Positions 38,318 through 50,307 of a DNA stretch of 64,000 bases are shown piece after piece. The notes beneath the pieces were generated by a model. It was not told where the DNA came from, made no database searches, and was given only the letters and a program-made list of their open reading frames with translations. Source of the stretch: Psammoneis japonica. Taxonomy: Eukaryota. The translations under genes and the position numbers were made by a program. Location: positions 1-64,000 of the forward strand of contig QPGO01000122.1 in assembly GCA_008632985.1 (NCBI GenBank), given 5' to 3'. Position 1 is the first letter of the stretch. Each line of letters begins with the position of its first letter.

Positions 38318-40796
38318 ATGTCTGACTTCTTCGCCTCCGGCGTCGACAACGAGGCCTTCGTCAACATTGCCCGCACTCTCGAGTCGGATGTCATCTCTCT
38401 GTTCTCGTCGCGTTCTCCTCCGTCGCCCGCTGCTCGGGCCCCACCCTCTGGGGTGGGTCATCAGGGGGGTGCTGAGGGCTTGAACCCCTCCCTTGGGGGG
38501 TTGAACCTTGGAATGACCGACACTGGGCACTCGACATTGAGCTCGCGGAGTTGGGGGAGGTCAACACCCCCAACCCGGATTCGGCTTTTGATGCCCTGCC
38601 ATCGAGAGCCGATGGAGCACAGGCCCACGCACCTCGCGTGGACTTTTTTGCTCCGGGAGATGAGGGAGCAACTCGAGGGGCGTTTACGTCGAAGGAGGAA
38701 GGTGCGTCTCCTTCGTCTGATGCTCCTCGTTTTCGTGTCATCTGGATGGAGGGCACCGATGCCACCCGCTGCCTTGGTGTGATTGGGGGTGGTGCAACAT
38801 TTTGTTTCAAGAAAGCCTCGGAGTGCAAAGTGAAACACAAGGGATCCAAGAAACAAGTCCCTCTGAACGGCATGGTGTTGATCCTTAAGACGCCGGACAC
38901 GGCTTTCTGCCAACCCACTCTTGACGGCTCGTTTGTCTCTGCTGATGTGTTGGTCAAGTGGGAGTCAGCGTCGGACACCTTGGCGGGGTGGCGTCAGAAG
39001 TTCCCAGCTCTGGGAAACAGCGAGTCGCGCTTCCCAATGGAGGACCAGTTTGGCGAGTCTCTGAAGCAGCACAAGGAGGCTGCGGCCTGCAAAACCCCAG
39101 CTAAAACCAAGGATCCTGGGAGCGATTTGTTTCCAGGGGCACAGTTTGGGCAGTTCTTGCCTTGCCAATGGGCGATCACCACCACCCCATCCCAATTCCT
39201 TGCAGCAAACAAGAGTCCTGCAGCCCTGGCTCATGTGGTGCAGTCGGTCGAGCGAAACTTGTCAGAGACAGGACACGTCCTGGTCGACTTGGGGAACAAA
39301 GCCTGCTCTCGGTTCAAAGACTCGGACTTGGCACTTGATGTGCTGAGTCGGAAGTTGGAACAGCTCAATGCCACTCTTGGCACCCCTCCGGCGGAGCTCG
39401 ACCAGCGAGTGGAAGCTCCGACCATCTGGGGGACGCTCGCCAACCTGTCGACACTCAGTCCTGGAGTGCATCAACCTCGGGATTTTTCTGCTGAGTTGGC
39501 CCGATTGGAAAGCAGCGCTCGGGCCGGGTCCAACAGATTGGCGTCAAGTGTCACTGCAGCTCTGCAGAGGGTGCAGGCCCAGCTCTCTGGCCTTGCTCCT
39601 AAACGTGACCTGGACTCTCTGAGGGCGGGGACCCTGAGAGTCTGCAACCAACCAGTGGCGAAAGTACAGAGGTTGGAGAACGCCGCTGCGTTGGGTGGAG
39701 GAGTTGCCAGTTTGGGCAGTGGGGCGAGCGGAGCAGGTGTCGCGCCTCTTGGGACACTCGATCGTCAAATCCGAGACCTCAGCCAAGCTGTCAATGAGCT
39801 GAAGTCAAAATCGGAATCGTCAGCCATCAAATTCTCAGGTGCAGGCGTTTCTTCATTCGCAGAATGCGAAGCCTGGATGGTCCAGCATTTTTCCTCCAGA
39901 GCGTGTGGGTGTCTCACGGACGCTAACTTGTTGTTGGACCGAATTGTGGGCACCGAGCCGGCCGCGCTGCATCACTTCCTTGCTGGATTGTCCAAACGGA
40001 TGGACTTGAAGATCAGTGTGGAAGAGGATGCACGGACACTCGCCTGTTTCCAATGCAGCATGCCGAGGATTCTCGACTCGGGGTCAGCGAAAGGAGCTCA
40101 GTCACCTGGGCTGCACCCCTCATTCCTAGACAAGGTGTCGACCCACGACCATTGGACGACGGGATCCACTGGTGCAAAACACTTTGTCATGGAAAAGATC
40201 GTTACGATCGAACGCAATGCCTTAAATGACATTTCCCAGAGGGTCCCGAGCGGTTCCTTTGAGAGCCAGGTTGTTCGAGACGCTCTGTCTAAGTCCATGG
40301 CGTTCGCATGGGCCCTGACACAGTTCGCGGATGAGACTTGCGAAAATCTTGTGCAGTTGAGCAAGTTTTCTCAGAAACAGGCTTGGTCTTTAACGTCAAA
40401 ACTGGCACACCGCATCTTCAATGACCTCAACCAGGTTCGGTCGGGGGTTTTCACTTCGATCACAGGGACTGATCCCGATGCGGTGTGCAGTCAAATTCTT
40501 TGGGCGGTGTTCCGGTCCCAGGACGCAATGGCCGAACACACGGCACACAACTTCAAGGACCACCCCTCGATGGCGTCTGAGCATGTCAAGTTCCTCGCGA
40601 CCAATTCGGGATTTGAAGTGGTGACAGCTTTGCAGGCCACGGTTGTGACCCTCACTTGACAAGGCCAAGAATGCGGGCACGGAAGCGAAGTCAGCGCAGG
40701 CGCGAGCCGATGCGGCACACCAAGAGGTGAACAAGTTAAAAACGGAGCTGAAAGAGGTGAACCGTCGTCTGAAGGCTCTAGAGACAAAGAAATGAA
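38318..40796 (+). pseudogene. Ngaro gag-like ORF1 (frameshifts near 38550 and 40655)
   Basis: 702-aa open stretch with CLGVIG..FC...C..KH N-terminal motif, coiled coils and FKDHPSMASEHVKFL. It contains no Tyr. Confidence 0.75.
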
Positions 40797-40801
40797 GCCA
40801 G

Positions 40802-43800
40802 GTGGGGGGCGGACCACAGGTGAATGAAAATGTGGGGCACGTTGTTCGCGGTCGCAAATTCTTTGCCTTTCGCGGGACATGCTTGGTCATCTGTGGCGGT
40901 CCCCCCATTTGGCTCTTGGCCCTCCGCTGTTCTGAATGGCCTCGAGTTGTCCTTTGCTTGATTGATTCCGACCCGTCTCCCTTGGAGTTGGTTCTCATTG
41001 CCCTTTTTGAGTCGCAAGAGGGAGCTTCCCTTCAGCGCATCCCGTTCTCCGGGGTGTCTCATGCATTGGAGAACTCTGATTTGGCACTGGTTTCGGGGCC
41101 TCCAGGTGTTTTGGAGAGAGTTTCTCGTGTGGGGTGCACGTGCCCGATGCACATGGTCCCGGTTGGGGGGGTGTCGAGATGGGCTTTGAAGGGGCTCCAG
41201 CATCTCCCTCATTCGGCCATTTCTCATTCGGGGGTGGGAGGCGTGACTTCCTTCCGCACAACGTTCTTCTGCATCGGTGGCGCGTTGCCAGAACTTGATC
41301 ACGGGCTGCGGCGGACCATTGGTCACATCATTGATTGCAAATGCGAGGGGCAGGTTAGCCCCCAGGAGTCTGGGGAAAGGGTGTGCCGTGAGTGCGATTT
41401 GTCACACCCACACCATTTGGGGCGGAAGGTTCTTTGCCAGTCCCACCGGTCACCCACGGGGTGGATGGTCCGCACTCTCACTGGAGATGAACTCCTCGCC
41501 GGGTGGGATTTTCCCATTGGGTTTCGGACTCAAGCTGTTCAGGACCAGTTGGGGGGTGAATGCCTCACACAGCTGGTTCCATTGAATCTCCTCTCTACAG
41601 TGACGGACGGTTTTATTTTACAAGGCTCCAGCCCCCGGTTGCCGCCGGAGGTCCAGCCATCCCCGGCTGCACGGTCTCCTGAGCTTCCGGCATCCGGTCC
41701 TCGGGTTACATGGCTGCCGCGACTAGGTCGGTGCTTGTCGCACGACTGGATCGACTTGTCTCTGATTGCCGCCAAGGCTGCAAAAGGGGATTTGGTCGCC
41801 CCCCCTTGTCGCCTCTGGGACAAGCGCATCACTCTCTTGTTTCCCATGTTCGAACTGGTGCTCCCGGCCCTGCGCGGGTTGGCCCACCGGTGGTGGCGGC
41901 GACGCTTGACTCGGTCGCCATTGGGTTTCCTGCATCGGCGTTGTGGCCCAGGATGGATGATCCATCTTGCACAACTTCGTCGACGGCTTGGGGACTCTGT
42001 TGCAAGTCTTCAGGGGGGTTTGTGCTGGGACCCACCACTCCCCTCCCTTTTGTTGGACGCCAACTTGGGAGCAGAGGTCTTGATTCAAGCTCTGGGGAGT
42101 TCATGGTGGAGTTGGGACCGGGGGTCCTCGCTTTTCTTCTGGCGCTGGCCCTCTCCTGAGCAGCGGGATGGGGCCCGTGACGGCATTCCGATCTTTGTCC
42201 AGACCACCCTCCCTTGGAATCGGCGGCGGCAACGCATCCGCGGCACGTCCAATGAGATCCAGCGGATGGCGGCAAAACTTCAGAAGGTCCGGGATCATGG
42301 TTGCATTGAGGCGGGGCCAGTGTCCAGCCTCACCGACTGTTTTTGGGTCCCGAAGGCGGTGTCTCTGCTCCCGAGGAGCGATGGAAGAATGGAAGAGGTC
42401 GTGGAAGATGTTCGCATGGTCTACAATGGGACCTCGTCTAAACGACGCTCTGTGGGCCCCTTCATTTTTCCTCCCGACTGCATCCTCAGTCCTCAGCTGC
42501 ATGACTCCAACCACCTTCTCTGTTGACTTGGACTTGGGTGACATGTTTCTCAACTTCTTCATGGACCCCCGCACTCGGCCTTGCGCCGGGATCGACCTGA
42601 CCCCGCTTCGCGACCACTTGCCGAAACCTTTGGCGGGTCAGGCTCCTGTGGGGCTGGAGAGGTGGAACCGCCCATTCATGGGTGTGAAACCCAGTCCTCA
42701 CCTGGCCGTGCGCGCTTGTCATTGGGCTGATGAGGTGGCCCGGGGGGACCCGGGATGGCCGGGTAACCCGATGGGCTTTGACAAGATCCCATTCAATCTG
42801 CCGGGCGATCCCGATTACGATGTGAAGAAGCCGCTGGTGATCAAGTGGAACTCTTGTCAAGAGGTCATCGCAGGCGATGTCAAGACTTTCGTCGAGGGGC
42901 ATGGGATCAAGCGAAGAAGAGGCTTGGCAAGTGGGCCATCAAATGGCTTCGAGACTCCAGTGTCTTGGTCTCCAAAACGCGGCCCGGAAAGTGCGGCCAC
43001 CATCCCAGCACGAAACTGGGGCCTGGGCCGGAGCGATCTTTCGGGCGACAGAAGGAGACGTTGCCCAATCCCTGTCTCAAGCGAAGTGGGACAAGAGCAA
43101 GACAATGATTGCGGACCTGTTGAGCTTCTACGACGGATTGCCTGCCTCCTCCCTCCCACTGTTCAATTTTAAGGATTTGGAAAGGAAACGAGGATGCCCA
43201 GTGCACGCGGCCATGACCCACCCTTTTGTCACTCCGTTCCTTAAAGGAGTTCACTTGACCTTGGATGGGTGGTGCCCTAACCGCAAGCCCGATGGATGGG
43301 CCATGTCAAACAAGGAATGTGCAGTGTGGATTCAGCACGAAGCGGACAAGCTTGGCATGGAACCGCACGAGGTTAGGGAGGCCCTCCAGGACGCGAGGCA
43401 CCCCGAGTCCGTTCGCGCGGTGCCGCGTCTCTTGTCGGATTTGAAAGCTCTACGGCGGATCTTGGAACCTGAGAAACCAACCACCAGGGTAATCAGGTCC
43501 TCTAAGGTCATGGTGGTTTTGCATGGGTTTGCCGACACATCTGGAAAGGGACTTGGATCCTCAGTGGAAATGAAGGACAGCGCGACAGTGTTCAGGATTG
43601 GTGCATGGGGCAATGATGACCAGTCAAACTCGTCAAACTGGAAGGAACTAACCAACACAGTGGACTCCATCCAGGAACTGGCCGAGGCTGGGGAACTCGA
43701 CCGTGCTGTGTTGCATTTCTTCACGGACAATTCTGTTTCGGAAATCGCCGTCTACAAGGGAACCTCTTCCAACCCTAAACTCCTGGAACAAGCAGCACGG

Positions 43801-44600
43801 CTCAGAGTCCTGGAGGCCAAGCATGGATTTACATTCCACTTGATTCATGTTTCGGGGAGTCGCATGATGGCCCAGGGCATGGACGGAGTTTCTCGAGGGG
43901 TCCTCTCGGAAGGCGTTATGAATGGAGCCAAAATGCTCTCGTTTGTCCCTCTGCACCTGCCGGCAACTGAGCGAGCACCACCACTCCTGGGGTGGATTCA
44001 GTCTTGGGCCGGATCTCCCACAGCCGATCTACTCTCCCTGCTTGATTGGCATCAGAAGGGGCATGACACATCTGGGTGGCGTCACCCACCCCACGAAGCC
44101 GTTGAAATGCCAACCTTTCGCTCTGGCACCTGGGTCTGGGCTCCGCCCCCGGCTGCAGCAAGGAATGCACTTGAAGAACTGTGGATTGCTCGACTCAAGC
44201 GACAGACTTCTTTCCACATCTTCATGTGTCCCCGCCTGATGACTCCTGAGTGGCAAAAACAACTGCACAAGGCAGCCGACTTGGTGTTTTGAGTTCCGGC
44301 TGGGGCCGGGCCTTTCTGGCCCGAGGAGATGTTCGAACCTTTGCTCGTGGGCCTTGTTTTTCCGTTCATCTTACACAGTCCATGGCAACTCCGAGGCACC
44401 CCAAAAATGCACTCAATGGACCGGGTGCTGCGGAGAGTGTGGGAGGATGCTGAAGTGGATGAGAGGCATCTTCTGCACAAATTTTGTTCACAGTGTCGGG
44501 GGCTGGCCCGCGTGCCAAAAAGCGTGGTGTCCCGGGTGCCATGCTTCAAGCAAAAACGTGACATTCCACCTGGGGGGGATCCTCCAGCCCGACCAATGAA
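40802..44600 (+). pseudogene. Ngaro RT/RNase H ORF, frameshifted
   Basis: FWVPKA...DVRMVYNGT, LNDALWAPSFFLPT, DLDLGDMFLNF, FMGVKPSP, GAWAG, HGFADTSGKG, SSNWKEL, FTDN, HVSGSRMMAQGMDGVSRG and WAPPPAAA. Confidence 0.9.
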
Positions 44601-45948
44601 ACGATGGCGAGGAGCTTCCCGGTGAGGATGCCACTCGGATCGAGGACAACACCTGGTTCCGGAAACCACAGGACAAGGACAAGTTCACACGCGCGCGAAC
44701 CGGGGACCATTTGATGGTGGCTTTTGAGTGCAGAACGGGTGCATCTTCCACAAGCTGCACTGGAGAGACCCCTTCCCCACCTCACCACGTGACGAGGTGG
44801 CTTTGGCTTGTGTCAGGCGGGTGAACCTGGATGCCTTCTGGAGTGGAGAGACCTCCACGGCAGAGAACAATGTGTCCAAAGTCGCCCGGAGTTCAGCTCT
44901 CTCAGAGCGTTTGGGGCTCCAAGGACCTTGCTTGGAGCCAGGACCTCTTCTGTCTTTTGATCATTGTGGACATGAGGTTGCGATGCAGATGGTCTTGGCT
45001 TCGATGTCCCCGGGTCGCCACTCTGACTTGTGCGCTCAATTCGACACTGTTGGGAAGCTGCGGACTGCGCACTTGAACCAGGTGAGGTCTTCGGCTTCTG
45101 CAAACAGGCGAGCCTTGGCTCTTGCGGACCTCGAGGGCAAACAACATCTCCGCATTTGCGAGGACCCGTGCGCTTCCCTCTGGTTCCAAAGGTTTGTGAC
45201 AGGTTGCAAAAGATGCATGGGTCAAGATTGGAGACCAGACAGGGCCATCTCGGCGCAGATCATGCAACACCTTTTGCCCAGGATTGAAGAAAAGTTCAAC
45301 CGGGCCACCGCAGCTGGGGATCGCCTCAGGTGCTTGACTGGTGGCCTGTGCTTCGCGGCTAGTTTCATGTTGTCCCTCCGAGGACCCGAAGGCTTGCTCA
45401 TGGATTTGGGTGCCATGCAAGAACACCTGCCTCTCCATCAATCCCACGTGGTGATCCCGCTTCTCGGTCAGGTCAAGGGAGAACACGGGGAGCGCCAACA
45501 CCTGCTTCCGAGTGTAAATGTCACGGGATCAGGTGTTCGCCTCCGGCAGTGGATCCAGGCAGTTGTGACCTTACAAGCATCAAGAGGACGCACTCGAGGA
45601 CCAGCCATGTCGGACGATGGTGGAAAGGTCTTGTCCACTCATGACCCAAATGTGCTTCTTTACCTCGCCCTGTCAGAGCTTTTTGATGACCACCCGCCCC
45701 TCTTTGGGGCAGACATCACCTCCCATTCGGACATTGAGGACAAGTGCGATGTGAGCAGGTCTTTCCGTCGCGGGTCGGATTCAAGAGCCATCGCTCAAAA
45801 TGTGTCGGAGGACGATGTTGATGTGGTGAATCGGTGGAAAAAGAAGGATCGAGCTGGAGGGACCAGGCCGTCTCACAAGATGAGGCAACACTGCGCGGAC
45901 ATCTCTCTCCTCCTCCCTTGCTTCTTAAGACACACTCAGGAAATGTGA
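44600..45948 (+). pseudogene. Tyrosine recombinase of the Ngaro element; presumed catalytic Tyr reads as Cys
   Basis: SLRGPEG (R), LLGQVKGE (K), SRSFRRGS (xxxR), VNRW and MRQHC (expected MRQHY). Confidence 0.88.
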
Positions 45949-47189
45949 GCCAGCTCGGGCACGCCCTCAGGGTGCATTTGGCACGAGCTGTTCTCTGCGG
46001 GTGGCCACTGCCTGGGAGTTCTCATCGGGGGGGGGGGGGGGGGATTTGTGCTCACCTTTGCCGACAAGACCGCGGGAGTCTATCGCCAAAGTCTAGATCG
46101 GTTTCTTTCGGTTTCACATCCTCGACGACGCCCAACTGCGAAGGCAAAGAAATGGCGTCTGGCGTTCTCTTTGATTCCAAGTTCGAGAATCCCTTGGTTC
46201 GGGGTGTCGACATCGCGCAATGCTGAAGGTGCCCCCCACTGGGTTCGTTCGGAAGCGCCCGGAGCATGGTCCGATGAACCAATCCTTGAGCCCTCGAGTT
46301 TTGCTCGAGACCCTGCGGAGGGTGTGGGTTTGCCCAACCCCCCCAGTGCAGAGTAGAGTGTTGCCGAAAACTCTGCTCTATGAGACTTCCAAGTGCTCTA
46401 ATGCCGAGCCACTTCTCAGTGGTTCTTGGCAAGGCAGTCCTTGGCCTGGCCCCAGATGAGATCGGCACCGCACACTGTCAAATCCTCTTCGTGCCCAAGT
46501 TCAGATGGAGACGAACTGTGCAAAGCAAGACCCCTCATCTGGCCAGACCATCGTCACATGCCTCTCCCAGAGGAGGGCACCTCTGGGCCAAGATGACCGG
46601 TTTCTGTGACCGGTCAAACTTGTCGGCATCCCATTTCCCCTCACTTTTCCATCTTTGTTGAGACAGGAACCCTGGTCAACGTGACTGGACCATGCCAAAG
46701 CATTGGAAAAGCCCTTTTTTGCTGCCCACCCACCACTCCCTGGATTTGTGCTCACCTTTGCCGACAAGACCACGGGAGTCTGTCGCCAAAGTCTAGATCG
46801 GTTTCTTTCGGTTTTACATCCTCGACGACGCCCAACTGCGAAGGCAAAGAAATGGCGTCTGGCGTTCTCTTCGATTCCGAGTTCGAGAATCCCTCAGTTC
46901 GGGGTGCCGACATCGCGCAATGCCGAAGGTGCCCCCCACTGGGTTCGTGCGGAAGCGCCCGGAGTGTGGCCCGATGAACCAATCCTCGAGCCTTCGAGTT
47001 TCACTCGAGACCCTGTGGAGGGCATGGGTTTGCCCCCAACCCCCCCAGTGCGGAGTAGAGTGTTGCCGAAAACTCACTCTATGAGACTTCCAAGCACTCT
47101 AATGCCGAGTTGCTTCTCAGTGGTTCTTGGCAAGGCAGTCCTTGGCCCAGTCCTAGATGAGATCGGCATCGCACACTGTCGAATCCGCA

Positions 47190-47605
47190 CCGTGCACTTG
47201 AGCATTTATGATGAGTTGAAATTTTGTACGCACAGTTACCCCACATGCGACACATCGATGGAAAGCTGAGAGTCTGCTCATTCCGTGGGGGGGGGAATGG
47301 GGGGGCACCGGTAAGCTCTGGCGGTTTTTTCGGAAGATGAGGTATGAGTTTTGGGTGTGATCATTGAAATATATATAATTATTAAAATAATTAATGTTGT
47401 GCCTCATTTCTTTGATTGGCGAGCAACCGAAATTGTGGAACACTTTTGACATGCTAAACACGACCTGATTTGGACCGTTGGTATTTTAATGCATTCTACA
47501 GACATGTGGGCGTGCATTAAAATAGGTCTGGGGGTCAAAAACTCCAAATCGCGACCCCCAAGTGTTCCACAGTTTCAAAGTCATCGAAAATATCCAAAAA
47601 CACGG
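47190..47605. mobile_element. pogo/Tc1-type MITE, copy B (TA partly retained)
   Basis: ca|CCGTG...CACGG|ta; homologous to 31062-31475. Confidence 0.85.
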
Positions 47606-47733
47606 TACGACGTCAGGCCATTTACGACTGAAAGCTGAAAGCGCCGACGTGTCAACAGCGGCGTCTCCACATCTCACATCGCATCAAGTTGCTGTTGTCG
47701 GATGAAAGAGACAGAGGAGAACAAGAGTTGAAA

Positions 47734-50024
47734 ATGAAGACGTGGGAGGGAATCGAAGATATAAGTCCAAAGCCGAGCTGTGTATGGTGAGTGACGTTTC
47801 GTAAATCGTATAGATGAACTTCGGTGTTTACACATCCTGAACGCGCGGTATCTTTGAATCTTGTTTCTTTCAACAGGCTAACTCGTCCAAGTGTCGATGA
47901 CTTGTGGACACCATTGCGTAAATCGGATTGTAGAGCATTGAACGAAAGCCCCGGAACTGGTCCAGTTTACATTGATGGTGGTCGGCAAACTGCGGTTCGA
48001 GCCGAAGGCATTATTCGCCACAATTTCCACAATGATGTTCCCACGACTCAACTCTCTTCGGCAACATGGTTTGTCAGAGAAGAAAATACTCAAAAGAAAC
48101 CAAAGTACATACTGCATCCCATGTCGAGACTAGACTGTGACCTTGTGGTAGGTCGCTGCAGAACTTGTATACTCTGTCCCTTTGACAGCCGCTTTCTTTT
48201 TTTCTTACTCCGGATTGTTTTTCTTTCGGCGCAGGAGGATTTGTATCAACGAGCTGTTGCAGCCACATCCTCTTTGGGTAGTGGCATTGACGACGTTTTA
48301 CAAGAAAAGTATGTCTTACAGGACGACGCTGAATACCACGTTATGGTTGTCAAGGTTGGCAATACACTCAGCATGAAGAAAAAGTACACCAAAGGTTGGT
48401 TTGGTACATCCTTCGACTTGCAGCGCGGGTGGGGTGAGTACACGGTAGAGGGAGAAGAAGAAGAGCTACTATTGGGTCCAGTCGATCAGGTTATTTTTGT
48501 TGTTCACGGTATTGGAGAAGCTATGTGGTCACGAGATGTAAAAAGCAAGAGCGTTGTTGGCGAAGTTAACAAAGCACGCATAGCAATGCAAAAGATGCAG
48601 GTGGAAGAGCACAAGAAGCGGGTGGAAAACGCGAGAAAGGCTGGGTACGTGTACGCCTGTAAGCTTGTGTTTTGGATTCTTTTATTATCTGCCACATTAT
48701 TCTCAAATCTTCGTTTATTATATTTTAAAGCGAATCGGATCCTCCGCCGCCGAGAAGAATCGAGTTGCTACCTATCGAATGGTACGATCGAATTCATTCT
48801 TCATCGAACGCTCTCATGACGAGTCTAAAGGCCACCACCATTCAGTCGATTCCCGCTTTAAGAGCTATTGCGAATGATGTCATTTTTGATGTGCTCATGT
48901 ACATGACACCGACGTTTTGTCATTCTGTGTTGGAATGCGTCACGGAACAAATTTCCAACTTGTACCAGACATTCAGTCAGGTCCACCCAGAATGGAACGG
49001 GAAGTGTTCTATAGCGGGGCATTCTCTGGGTTCGGTAATTGTTTGGGATCTCTTGTGTATACTCCGAGATGACGAGCGAAAGAGAAAAGGGGAAGGAAAG
49101 ATGACTCATAGCGGGGAACGGCTACCAGAGGTTAACCTTGCCAATTGTGATGTTGCCATTGAAGAGGAAGGGACGCCAGTCTCTCCACACGGTTATCAGG
49201 CCTATGCTACCACAGATGAGCACGCCAATACCGCCGCGAATGGAACCTGGGGACCAACTCTGCCTAAGCCCTTGGAAAAGCGGCTTCCTTTCGTACCAGA
49301 TTTCACCTTGTTTCTAGGCTCACCCATTGGATTATTTCTCACGCTACGGGGCGCTCACGCTGTCTTTGATGAAATGACAACGTTGGCCGACAAGAGCAAG
49401 GCTGATGATAATGACGATGATAGCCGTTACAACAACTCCGTTGTTTCGCCTTTCACATTGCCATCTGGCACCGTGCTAAACATATTTCACCCGAGCGACC
49501 CAGTGGCATACAGAATCGAACCACTTCTTTTACCGCGAGATACGAAAAATATTCGCGTTCCGCCTCCCAAATACTTGGTTCCAGAAGGGCAAGATGTTCG
49601 TTTTCATGTAAAGGCTCGCGAGCTAACGAGGGCCTTTGCCGAGAAAACAAACTATACTTGGTCTTCCCTTGTGACTCAGGTTGCAGAACAGGCTGCGGCC
49701 TTGTCGTCAGAGCTCACTCAGGACCCGTCTGATCTTAAAGGCCAGTCCAAAGATACTTTCCGTCCAACGATCTTCCCGCTGGGAGGGAAAAGCCAACGCG
49801 TTGACTACCAACTACAGCCAGGAGTAGTTGAGAGCGAGTACATTTCGGCTGTCATGGCTCATTCGAGCTACTTTGTCAATGCAGACGTCTTGGACTTTAT
49901 TCTGAATCTTGTGGAAGAAAAGAACGAAATCGAGACATTAGAAGTAGCATCCGTTAATGCGCAAGCGCATTCTGACGACAAACAGCCGCCTTTGTCGCCA
50001 ACGCCGCTGCCGTCGGTACTTTAG
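47734..50024 (+). CDS. DDHD-domain phospholipase A1 (SEC23IP/DDHD2-like), 3 probable introns
   Basis: VIFVVHGIG, LPIEW, GHSLGS lipase motif, FLGSPIG, NIFHPSDPVAYRIEPL, RVDYQL and AHSSYF. GT..AG introns at ~47788-47876, ~48148-48234 and ~48645-48730. Confidence 0.9.
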
Positions 50025-50307
50025 CACTGCGTCGCAATAGCTGGTCGTTTTAAAAACCAGTTTTTCAACCCATAAAGGTAGTCTCCGCATTAATCACCCA
50101 GCATTTCAATAGTATGTCGGGCATCTACTAGCATTGGCAGTTTGGGGGCAAGGATACGCAGCTGCTTACATAGAGGACAACAATGCTGATGCAAGCCATC
50201 ATACCTTTTCTCTCAGGCTTAACCACTTGTAGAACCCGTTGCTACATTGCTTTTGTTCGCTTTCAGATTCCTACATGCAAGCAAGCACTTCCTAGCTGTG
50301 TCAAACT

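Larger units (their letters stand above)
38062..47185 (+). mobile_element. Full-length tyrosine-recombinase retrotransposon (Ngaro/PAT-type split direct repeats A1-ORFs-B1-A2-B2)
   Basis: A1 38062-~38290 matches A2 46485-~46710, and B1 ~46042-46484 matches B2 46742-47185. Internal gag, RT/RNase H and YR ORFs are present. Confidence 0.92.

Noticed and set aside
38062..47185. DGR-like or ADAR-like A-directed mutagenesis through an RNA intermediate
   Set aside because: Changes are TA-context transitions on both strands, differ between repeats of one insertion and also affect DNA transposons. No template/variable repeat pair is present.
38058..47190. 4-bp CGCA/GCAC TSD around the Ngaro element
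   Set aside because: The right-hand CA belongs to the adjacent MITE's mutated TA TSD, junction assignment is ambiguous, and YR elements generally make no TSD.
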